Below, in pieces: positions 8,989-17,279 of a stretch of DNA of 32,000 bases; the stretch's first letter is position 1; each line of letters starts with the position of its first letter. The notes beneath the pieces were generated by a model. That model was not told the origin of the DNA. It saw nothing but the letters and a program-made list of their open reading frames with translations, and searched no databases. The translations under genes and the position numbers were made by a program. Origin of the DNA: Dictyoglomus thermophilum H-6-12 (GTDB lineage Bacteria; Dictyoglomota; Dictyoglomia; Dictyoglomales; Dictyoglomaceae); the NCBI RefSeq assembly GCF_000020965.1, contig NC_011297.1, forward strand, positions 664,387 through 696,386. Direction: 5' to 3'.

Positions 8989-10088
8989 AAAAAGTTTATT
9001 TCTTAGTAAATGGCCCTGGAGAAATCTCTGGTTGGTTATACCCTTTGGTTAAATGGATTAAAGAGTTTAATCCAGCATGGTCTCAAGATTTAGTCTTTAA
9101 TTCTATAGTTGTTCCTTGTCAGTTTGCGTCAGGCAGAGAAGAGGAGGTATTAAAATCTTGGAATTTTTTTGGCGAAGTTATTCCTTCTAATAAGTATTGG
9201 AGTTTATTTAGAGATGGTAGAAAATATGAAAATTCAGTTTTCTTCCATATAGGAGGAGACTTATATTTTAACTTAGCCCTTTCTAAGAGGAAAAAAGGTA
9301 TACCTGTAGCTTATGTGGAGAAATATTTTTGGGGAGAGAGATTTTATAGAAAAGTTTACACCTTGAACGATAAATTAAATATTCCAAATTCTATTTTCGT
9401 GGGAGATTTAAGATTTGATTTTTTACCTTCAAATGCTTTCTCCGATAGTAATAATATTGCTCTATTTCCAGGGAGTAGAAATTATGCCTTGAAATTTTTT
9501 ATTCCATTTTATTTGGCTCTTGTTAAAGAAATAGTAAAGGATTTTCCAGATTTTAATTTCACTTTCTTTCTGTCACCTTTTATTGATGGAAAAGTTGTAG
9601 ATGATATTTTGAGAAGAGTAAATTCTATGGTAAAAGATCTTCCTATAAAATTTGAGATCCTTGATGATATGAAGAAACTGAACGGATATTTAATGGCAAT
9701 AACCTTACCTGGAACCAATACTATGCAACTTGCATATATGAAAATACCTATGATTGTTATTCTTCCTCTTCATAGACCTGAATTCATTCCTATAGAGGGA
9801 ATTGCGAATTTATTTAAAGGTAGGCTAAGGGAGGGACTGATCAATCTTTATTTAAAGAAAAATCCTTATCTTGCTTTGCCTAATAAAATATCTCCAGGTA
9901 TTATCCCTGAGATTGTGGGAAATTTTCATTTTAGAGATGTACTTAAGTATATAAAGGAGATTTTGTATAATAGGGAGAGGTTAATTAAGATTCATGAAAA
10001 ATTAAAGGAGAATTTTAATAAGGATTATTTGAGCTCTGAGATTATATGGAAAGACTTATACAATGAAGTACTTAGCAAGATTATTTAA
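8985..10088 (+). CDS. LpxB-related glycosyltransferase-like protein (paralog of lpxB)
   Basis: 'FLVNGPGEISGWLYPLV', 'FHIGGDLYFNLALSKRKKGIPVAYVE', 'IALFPGSRNYAL', 'LPGTNTMQLAYMKIPMIVILPL' match the LpxB-like GT layout with divergent sequence. Confidence 0.75.
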   Translation: MKKVYFLVNGPGEISGWLYPLVKWIKEFNPAWSQDLVFNSIVVPCQFASGREEEVLKSWNFFGEVIPSNKYWSLFRDGRKYENSVFFHIGGDLYFNLALSKRKKGIPVAYVEKYFWGERFYRKVYTLNDKLNIPNSIFVGDLRFDFLPSNAFSDSNNIALFPGSRNYALKFFIPFYLALVKEIVKDFPDFNFTFFLSPFIDGKVVDDILRRVNSMVKDLPIKFEILDDMKKLNGYLMAITLPGTNTMQLAYMKIPMIVILPLHRPEFIPIEGIANLFKGRLREGLINLYLKKNPYLALPNKISPGIIPEIVGNFHFRDVLKYIKEILYNRERLIKIHEKLKENFNKDYLSSEIIWKDLYNEVLSKII

Positions 10089-11802
10089 ATTAATAAAACC
10101 TTATTGGGGATATTTTATATTAGGTCTTTTTTGTATTCTAGTTGGTAATGGGGCTCAATTGTATGCTCCTAAATTTTTAGGAGAACTTTTAGATCAGCTT
10201 TCTAATGTTAAAGATCTTGCTGTCCTTAATAGACTTTCGCTAATAATTATACTTCTTCTTTTCTTAAGAAGTTTATTTTTATATGGACAAATTTATATTT
10301 TCTCTTTTATAGGTCATAGAGTTGTTGCAGATCTTAGGGAAAAGCTTTTCTCCAAAATTCAATACTTATCTCTTGATTATTTAAATCGATGGAATAGTGG
10401 AGATCTCATTGCAAGAACTTTACAAGATACTCAGCTAATTCAGACATCTTTCCTCTCAGGTATCGCAGATCTTTTTTATGCTATTGTACTCCTCTTGGGA
10501 GTATTAATAATTGTAGTACTTACTGATTGGCAGCTTGCTCTTGCTACTTTTCTTGTTATTCCTCTTTTTGTCTTTTCTATATCAGGAATAGGGAAGGAAA
10601 TTCAGAAATGGTCTTTGGCTGTCCAGAGAAAGATTGCAGATCTTACAAGAATAATTCAAGAAAGCATTAAAGGAGCAAGAGTAGTTAGAGTATTTTCTCA
10701 AGAAGAGACGGAGATTAAAAGGTTTAAGGAAGAGAATGAGAAGAATTTTTTTAGAAACCTAAAGATAGCAAGGCTTACTGCCATTCAAATTCCTCTCTCT
10801 AGCTTTTTAAGTGCTTTAGCACTTGTTTTTATTCTATGGCTTGGAACGAGAAAAATTGCCAAGGGAGAGATGACTCTTGGAACTTTTGTGGCTTTTTTAA
10901 CTTATGTAGGTATGGCTATTGATCCTACACAGACTATTTTGAGAGTTTTAGCGGGATTAAGACAGGCATATGCTGCTTTAGAACGAATCTTTGAGGTTTT
11001 GGAGATGGGCAAAGAAGTATTAGAGGTAAAAAATCCTATTGTTCTTCCACCTATAAAGGGTTTTGTAGAATTTGATAATGTTTCCTTTACTTATGACGGG
11101 ATTAATTGGGTGTTAAAAGATATAAATCTTAAAGTTAGAGCTGGAGAAAAAATTGCCATTGTAGGAAGTAGCGGAGCAGGGAAAACTTCTTTAGTAAATC
11201 TGATACCACGTTTTATTGATCCAACTAAAGGGGTAGTAAGGATAGATGGATATGATATTAGAAAAGTTAGTCTTAAATCTTTAAGATCACAAATTGGTTT
11301 TGTACCCCAAGAGACAATTATTTTTCATGGTACAGTGAGGGATAATATAAGTTATGGAAATCCGTATGTTTCCTTTGAGGAAATTGTAGAGGCTGCAAAG
11401 ATGGCAAGAGCTCATGATTTTATAATGAAATTACCTCAAGGATACGATACTATAATTGGTGAAGGAGGAATTAATTTATCGGGAGGACAAGCTCAGAGAA
11501 TAGCTATTGCAAGAACTATTCTTTTAAAACCTCGATTAATTATTCTTGATGAGGCTACATCTGCTCTTGATTCAGAGTCTGAGGCTTTTGTTCAAGAGGC
11601 TCTTGAGGAGCTGATGAGAGGGAAAACTGCTTTTATTGTTGCTCATAGGCTTTCAACTATTAAAAGAGCTGACAGAATTGTGGTACTTGAGAATGGAGAA
11701 ATAGTAGAAGAAGGTACCCATGAAGAGCTCTTGAAATTGGGAGGAGTTTATCTGAGAATAATAAAATGGCAATTAGAGGAGAGTAAGGACAAAAATGAAT
11801 AA
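10063..11802 (+). CDS. MsbA-like ABC exporter (fused TMD-NBD)
   Basis: Six-TM exporter domain; Walker A 'GSSGAGKTS', signature 'LSGGQAQRIAIARTIL', Walker B 'LIILDEATSALD', H-loop 'AHRLST'; lpx operon context. Confidence 0.9.
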   Translation: MKYLARLFKLIKPYWGYFILGLFCILVGNGAQLYAPKFLGELLDQLSNVKDLAVLNRLSLIIILLLFLRSLFLYGQIYIFSFIGHRVVADLREKLFSKIQYLSLDYLNRWNSGDLIARTLQDTQLIQTSFLSGIADLFYAIVLLLGVLIIVVLTDWQLALATFLVIPLFVFSISGIGKEIQKWSLAVQRKIADLTRIIQESIKGARVVRVFSQEETEIKRFKEENEKNFFRNLKIARLTAIQIPLSSFLSALALVFILWLGTRKIAKGEMTLGTFVAFLTYVGMAIDPTQTILRVLAGLRQAYAALERIFEVLEMGKEVLEVKNPIVLPPIKGFVEFDNVSFTYDGINWVLKDINLKVRAGEKIAIVGSSGAGKTSLVNLIPRFIDPTKGVVRIDGYDIRKVSLKSLRSQIGFVPQETIIFHGTVRDNISYGNPYVSFEEIVEAAKMARAHDFIMKLPQGYDTIIGEGGINLSGGQAQRIAIARTILLKPRLIILDEATSALDSESEAFVQEALEELMRGKTAFIVAHRLSTIKRADRIVVLENGEIVEEGTHEELLKLGGVYLRIIKWQLEESKDKNE

Positions 11803-12742
11803 GGTAAAAGTAGGAGTTATAGGTGTAGGTTATTTAGGACAACATCATGTGAGAATCTTTAGTGAGATTCCCCAAGTAGAACTTTTGGGGGTATGTGATA
11901 TAAATCTTAAAAGGGCTAAAGAAATTGCTTCTATATATAATATACCCTTTGTGACTGACGATTATAGAGATCTCATTGATAAGGTAGAGGCTGTAAGTAT
12001 TGTTACTCCAACAATTTCTCATTTTCAGATAGCGAAAGATTTTCTTGAGAAGGGCATTCATACCTTTATTGAAAAGCCTGTTACGTATAACTTAAGGGAA
12101 GCAGAGATATTGTTAGATATCGCGAGTGGAAAAGATTTAGTTTTACAGGTAGGACATATTGAAAGATTTAATCCTGCAGTACAGGAATTAAAAAAGTATA
12201 TAAAGAATCCTTTTTATATTGAGGCAAGGAGAATGGGACCTTTTGATGGTAGGTCTACCGATGTTGGGGTTGTTATGGATCTTATGATACATGATTTAGA
12301 CATTCTTTTTTATATTCTTGGAAAGAATAGAAAAATTATTGATATAAATGGAGTAGGTTATTCTATTTATACTCCTCATGAAGATTTTGCAACAGTGAAT
12401 ATCCTTTTTGAAGGGGATATATTTGTAAATCTTATAGCAAGTAAAGTTTCACCTAAGAAGTTAAGAAAACTCGATATTCATGAAAAGAGTGGAGATCAAA
12501 TAATTGTAGATTATATTGAACAGAGTATATCTATAGTTCATGGAGGAGCTCAGCATATTGAGTCTAGTTTAGAGTCACCGGTTTTAGAAAGAGAAGAACC
12601 ATTGAGATTGGAACTTGAACATTTTGTAAAATGTATTTTGGAGGGGAAAGATCCTGAGGTTACTCTTGAAGATGGTAAGTTAGCATTAGCGCTTGCTACA
12701 GAAATATTGAAGGAGTTGAAGGTTTTTGATTTTAAGAGGTAG
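11795..12742 (+). CDS. Gfo/Idh/MocA-family NAD(P)-dependent oxidoreductase
   Basis: Rossmann 'VGVIGVGYLGQHHVRIF', 'EKPVTYNLREAE', 'GHIERFNPAVQEL', 'DLMIHDLDILFYI'. Confidence 0.9.
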   Translation: MNKVKVGVIGVGYLGQHHVRIFSEIPQVELLGVCDINLKRAKEIASIYNIPFVTDDYRDLIDKVEAVSIVTPTISHFQIAKDFLEKGIHTFIEKPVTYNLREAEILLDIASGKDLVLQVGHIERFNPAVQELKKYIKNPFYIEARRMGPFDGRSTDVGVVMDLMIHDLDILFYILGKNRKIIDINGVGYSIYTPHEDFATVNILFEGDIFVNLIASKVSPKKLRKLDIHEKSGDQIIVDYIEQSISIVHGGAQHIESSLESPVLEREEPLRLELEHFVKCILEGKDPEVTLEDGKLALALATEILKELKVFDFKR

Positions 12743-13349
12743 ATTCTTTGTTATTGTTTTTTCCCTTTTTGTCTTAATTAGTTTAGCGGGTGGACAGGAT
12801 TTTAATCTTTTAATAAAAGAATACGAGGCTAAATATAATAAGGATTCAAGGGATCCCGATACTGTTTTTAATCTGCTTGTGTTGTATGGTGCTATAGGAA
12901 ATTTAGAAAAATTATATGAATATTACAATATCCTAAATAAGATCGATCCTAATTACTTAAAGGAAAATATAAGGTCTAACCTTAAAAATAATTCTGAGGA
13001 TATTTTTAATCTTTACAAAATTGCCTTTTCTTATTATTTCTTGGGAGAGGTGGATAAGGCAATTTATTATTTTAACAAGCTAAGTTTATTGAGGCCTAAG
13101 GATGATTGGATAATGAGTTATCTTGCATATTTACATTACTTAAAGGGCAACTATAATGAAGTCGAAGCTCTTGTGAATAAGGGCCTTGAGATAAATAGAG
13201 ACAATGAAGCACTTCATGCTTTGAGGTGTGCATTATATTTAAAAAAGGGTAATTATCTTTTAGCCTTGAAAGAATATTTTATTACTATGAATATTGTTCA
13301 AAAAAAGGGATACAAGAACATATGGGAGATACTCAGAGGTTTGAGATAA
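12726..13349 (+). CDS. Secreted/periplasmic TPR-containing protein
   Basis: Hydrophobic N-terminus (FFVIVFSLFVLISLAGG), repeated TPR-like helices. Probable TTG start at 12726. Confidence 0.65.
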   Translation: MILRGRFFVIVFSLFVLISLAGGQDFNLLIKEYEAKYNKDSRDPDTVFNLLVLYGAIGNLEKLYEYYNILNKIDPNYLKENIRSNLKNNSEDIFNLYKIAFSYYFLGEVDKAIYYFNKLSLLRPKDDWIMSYLAYLHYLKGNYNEVEALVNKGLEINRDNEALHALRCALYLKKGNYLLALKEYFITMNIVQKKGYKNIWEILRGLR

Positions 13350-13352
13350 AAA

Positions 13353-13381
13353 TTGACATGAAATTAAAAATTTTTTAACAT
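13353..13381 (+). promoter_or_regulatory. Candidate sigma70-type promoter upstream of lptB-like gene
   Basis: TTGACA (13353-13358), 17-bp spacer, TAACAT (13376-13381). Confidence 0.55.
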
Positions 13382-13389
13382 TAAAGCAT

Positions 13390-14109
13390 ATGAGTTTGGA
13401 AACTGTTGGCATTTATAAATATTACGGCAAAAGATGTGTGGTTAGAAATGTATCCCTTACTGTAGATCCTGGGTATGTAGTTGGCCTTCTAGGTCCTAAC
13501 GGGGCTGGTAAGACTACTACTTTCTATACTATCATGGGAGAGGTTTATGCTGATGGTGGAAAAGTAATTCTCGATGGTGAAGATATTACTTATCTTTCTA
13601 TGCCTCAAAGGGCAAGAAAAGGCATAGGCTATCTTGCTCAGGATCCTACAATTTTTAGGAAGCTCACTGTGGAAGAGAATATTAAATTAGTTTTAGAACT
13701 TACCAATTTAACGCCTAAAGAGCAAAAGAAAAAACTTGAGGAATTAATTGATGAATTTCAACTCCATAAAGTTAGGAAAAATTTAGGTTATACCTTGTCG
13801 GGTGGGGAAAGAAGAAGGGTAGAGATAGCAAGGGTTTTAGCTTTATCGCCTAGGTATATACTTCTTGATGAACCCTTTGCAGGGGTAGATCCTATCACAG
13901 TACAGAATCTTCAAGAGACTATTTATTATTTAAAAGATAAAGGACTTGGGATTCTTATAACAGATCATAATGTACGAGACACATTAGCTATAACAGATTA
14001 TGCTTATATTATCTTTTCGGGAGAGGTTCTGATCTCAGGAACTCCTGGGGAAATAATTAGTAGTGATATTGCAAAAAGATTCTTTCTTGGGGAGAGGTTT
14101 AATCTTTGA
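13390..14109 (+). CDS. lptB: LPS export ABC transporter ATP-binding protein LptB-like
   Basis: 'GLLGPNGAGKTTTFYTIMGE', 'LSGGERRRVEIARVLA', 'YILLDEPFAGVDPITV', 'ITDHNVRDTLAITDYAYIIFSGEVL' strongly LptB-like. Confidence 0.9.
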   Translation: MSLETVGIYKYYGKRCVVRNVSLTVDPGYVVGLLGPNGAGKTTTFYTIMGEVYADGGKVILDGEDITYLSMPQRARKGIGYLAQDPTIFRKLTVEENIKLVLELTNLTPKEQKKKLEELIDEFQLHKVRKNLGYTLSGGERRRVEIARVLALSPRYILLDEPFAGVDPITVQNLQETIYYLKDKGLGILITDHNVRDTLAITDYAYIIFSGEVLISGTPGEIISSDIAKRFFLGERFNL

Positions 14110-15299
14110 TGTCTGGAATAATACTAATAGTTATATTGCTTGTTGCTAGCGGATTAATAGCATATGCAGGTGACTATGTGGGAAGGAAGGCAGGAAAAAA
14201 GAAACTTTCTATTTTTAACCTTCGTCCTAAGTATACCTCAAGGATTATTAGCGTTTTTACTGGGATTCTTATCATGATTTTTTCTCTTATTGTTTTATCT
14301 ATATTTTCTGAAAATGTTAGGATAGCTCTTTTTGGCATGGAAAAGTTAAAAAGAGAAATAACTGATCTTCAGGTTAACATAAAAAATAAAGAAAAAGAAC
14401 TTTCAGAGATTATACAGAAATATGAAGAGGTGAGGATAGAAAGAGAGAAAGCGATAAAGGAGTTGGAGAGTTATAAGAAGAAGCTTGATGAGTTAGAGAA
14501 AGATAGAGCTAAAATGCTTACAGAAATTAAGAATTTATCTAGGGAGAGAGAATTACTTTTAAGAGAAAATGAGAAATTGCAAAGATCTATATATGATATT
14601 TCTCAAAAGATCTCTTTTTTAAATAAGGAGAGGGAAAAATTGTTAGAGGAAAAGAAAGAGCTTATTGATGAGATACAGTTTTTGAACTCTACAATAACGA
14701 GTATGAGAACTGAAGGCATAGTTTTTAGGAGAGGAGAATTGATACTCAATTATATTTCAAAGGGAAGTTTAAACAAGGAACAGGCAGAAAAAGAAGCTAA
14801 GGCACTTCTTTCATTGATAGAAAATATAGCTAAAGAAAGGGGAGCTGGAAGTGAGGAAAAGGGATTTATATGGATTCCCGAAGCGGAATGGAAAAAACTA
14901 TTAGATGCTTTTACAAGTCCTGGAGAGAAATTAATAAGAGTCTTTTCTCTTGCAAATATTTTTGAGGGAGAACCTGCTCTTTTAAACTTTGAGATATATC
15001 CATATAGGCTTGTATTCAAGAAGGGAGAGATATTGGTTTTAAAAGTGATTGATGGTGGGGAAGATATGAATAGTATCGAAGCGAAGCTTCTTGAAGTGCT
15101 TTCTGAAGTTAACAGAATAGCACAGCAAAAGGGTGTACTTCCAGATCCTCTCACTAATACTGTTGGAGAAATTTCTTTTGAAGAATTTTATAATATAGTT
15201 TATAAAATAAAAGAAAAAAACAAAAAGGTTATTCTAAAAGTTATAGTTGATGAAGATACCTATAACAGTGGTCCTTTAAAAATAAGATTTGAATTGTAG
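14106..15299 (+). CDS. DUF3084-type membrane protein with long coiled coil
   Basis: Two N-terminal hydrophobic segments, 'GDYVGRKAGKKKLSIFNLRPKYTSRIISVFTGILI', long coiled coil, alpha/beta C-terminal part. Confidence 0.75.
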   Translation: MMSGIILIVILLVASGLIAYAGDYVGRKAGKKKLSIFNLRPKYTSRIISVFTGILIMIFSLIVLSIFSENVRIALFGMEKLKREITDLQVNIKNKEKELSEIIQKYEEVRIEREKAIKELESYKKKLDELEKDRAKMLTEIKNLSRERELLLRENEKLQRSIYDISQKISFLNKEREKLLEEKKELIDEIQFLNSTITSMRTEGIVFRRGELILNYISKGSLNKEQAEKEAKALLSLIENIAKERGAGSEEKGFIWIPEAEWKKLLDAFTSPGEKLIRVFSLANIFEGEPALLNFEIYPYRLVFKKGEILVLKVIDGGEDMNSIEAKLLEVLSEVNRIAQQKGVLPDPLTNTVGEISFEEFYNIVYKIKEKNKKVILKVIVDEDTYNSGPLKIRFEL

Positions 15300-15313
15300 G
15301 AGGTAGAAAGTCT

Positions 15314-16756
15314 ATGGAGAAAAAGTTTGTGGAAGAGTTAACCTCTCAAAAAGAAGATTTTTCTAAATGGTATACAGAAGTGGTTTTAAAAGCAGATTTA
15401 GTGGATTATTCTCCAGTTAAGGGATGTATGGTGATAAAACCTTACGGTTATGCTATTTGGGAAAATATGCAGAGAATTCTTGATGAGAAGATAAAAGCAA
15501 CAGGCCATGTAAATGCCTATTTTCCCCTTTTTATACCTAAGAGCTTTCTAGAAAAGGAGGCAGAGCATGTAGAAGGTTTTTCTCCTCAGGTTGCTTGGGT
15601 AACTAAAGGAGGGGATGAAGAGCTATTTGAACCTCTTGCTGTAAGACCTACCTCAGAGGCAATTATATGTAGTATGTATTCAAAATGGATACAGTCTTGG
15701 AGAGATTTGCCAGTCTTAATAAATCAGTGGGCAAATGTGGTAAGATGGGAAAAAGAGACAAGGCCCTTTTTAAGAACTACAGAGTTCTTATGGCAAGAAG
15801 GGCATACTGCTCATAGAACCTTTGAAGAGGCAGAAGAAGAAGCATTGAGAATGTTGAATGTTTACAAGGATTTTGTTGAAAATGATCTTGCTATTCCTGT
15901 GATAGCTGGAAGAAAAACTGAGAACGAAAAATTCGCAGGTGCACTTCACACTTATTCCATTGAGGTACTTCTTGCAGACGGTAGAGCCCTTCAAGCTGGA
16001 ACTTCTCATAACTTAGGTCAGCATTTTGCGAAAGCCTTCGATATAATGTTCCAGGATGTGGATGGAGAGAGAAAATATGTGTGGCAAACTAGCTGGGGAG
16101 TTTCTACAAGATTGATAGGAGCTTTAATAATGACCCATGGAGACGATTATGGACTTGTACTTCCCCCAAGAGTTGCTCCTTATCAGATAGTCATCATACC
16201 TATATGGAAAAGTGAAACGGATAAGACAAAAGTTTATAATTATGTGGACGAGATTTATGAGGTCTTAAGAAAATACTTCAGAGTTAAAGTAGATAAAGAC
16301 GAGGAACATACTCCAGGATGGAAGTTCAATGAATGGGAATTGAAAGGTGTTCCTGTTAGAGTGGAAATAGGCCCTAAAGAGGTAGAGAAGCAAGAGTTAT
16401 ATGTGGCAAGAAGAGATTTGAGAATAAAAATGTCAATTAAGAGAGAAAATATGGTCCAGGATTTAGAAAATCTTCTGAGAGATATTCAGAAGACTCTCTT
16501 TGAAAAGGCGTTGAGATTTAGAGAAGAAAATACGTATGAAATTGATAATTTTGAAGAATTTAAGAGGATTATGGATACAAAAAGGGGATTTGTAAAGGCA
16601 AGTTGGTGTGGAGATGGGGAATGTGAGTTAAAGATAAAAGAATTAACAGGAGCAACCATAAGAAATATACCTCTTGATTGGAAGGAAGAAGAAGGAAAAT
16701 GTATTTTATGTGGAAAGGAGACAAAAATAAAAGCTCTTTTTGCAAAAGCCTACTGA
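15314..16756 (+). CDS. proS: Prolyl-tRNA synthetase, archaeal/eukaryal-like type
   Basis: '[37 protein letters not shown]', 'VRPTSEAII', '[16 protein letters not shown]', '[18 protein letters not shown]', C-terminal Cys motifs 'WCGDGEC' and 'CILCGKETK'. Confidence 0.95.
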
Positions 16757-16757
16757 T

Positions 16758-17201
16758 ATGGTTAAAGTTTTGATTGAAAGAATAGACAAAGATTTACCTC
16801 TCCCTAATTATGCTACCTCTGGGTCAGCAGCATTGGATCTATATTCTCGTATTGACTTTGAACTTCCTCCCTTTAAAGAGATTGGAGGGGGGCTTGTAAT
16901 TCCTACTGGTATAAAAATTGCTTTGCCTGAGGGATATTTAGCTTTTGTTTTACCAAGAAGTGGGCTTGCTGCAAAGGAGGGAATATCGATTCTTAATACT
17001 CCAGGGCTTATTGATAGTGATTACAGAGGAGAAATTTTCGTAAATTTAATCAATTTTTCTAATAAGACATTTTATGGAAAAAGAGGTATGCGTATTGCTC
17101 AACTTTTGGTTCTTCAATATGCTCACGTGATGTGGGAAGAAGTATCTCAGCTTCCCCAAACTGAGAGAGGTGAAGGGGGGCTGGGAAGTACAGGATTATA
17201 A
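16758..17201 (+). CDS. dut: Deoxyuridine 5'-triphosphate nucleotidohydrolase (dUTPase)
   Basis: '[12 protein letters not shown]', '[28 protein letters not shown]', 'RIAQLLV', '[11 protein letters not shown]'. Track starts at TTG 16740; ATG 16758 is more likely. Confidence 0.95.
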
Positions 17202-17217
17202 TCTTCTTTAAAATTTT

Positions 17218-17226
17218 TGATAATAT
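17218..17226 (+). promoter_or_regulatory. Candidate extended -10 promoter element upstream of EF-G-like gene
   Basis: TGATATAAT in the dut/EF-G intergenic gap; fits TGnTATAAT; no convincing -35. Confidence 0.5.
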
Positions 17227-17279
17227 AATTCTTAGGAAGTAAAAAAAAATATAAAAAGTAAGGGGGTTTTGAAAGAAAA

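Noticed and set aside
14750-15154. 134-aa minus-strand ORF antisense to DUF3084 gene
   Set aside because: Ser-rich low-complexity translation typical of antisense frames; the sense gene is well supported.
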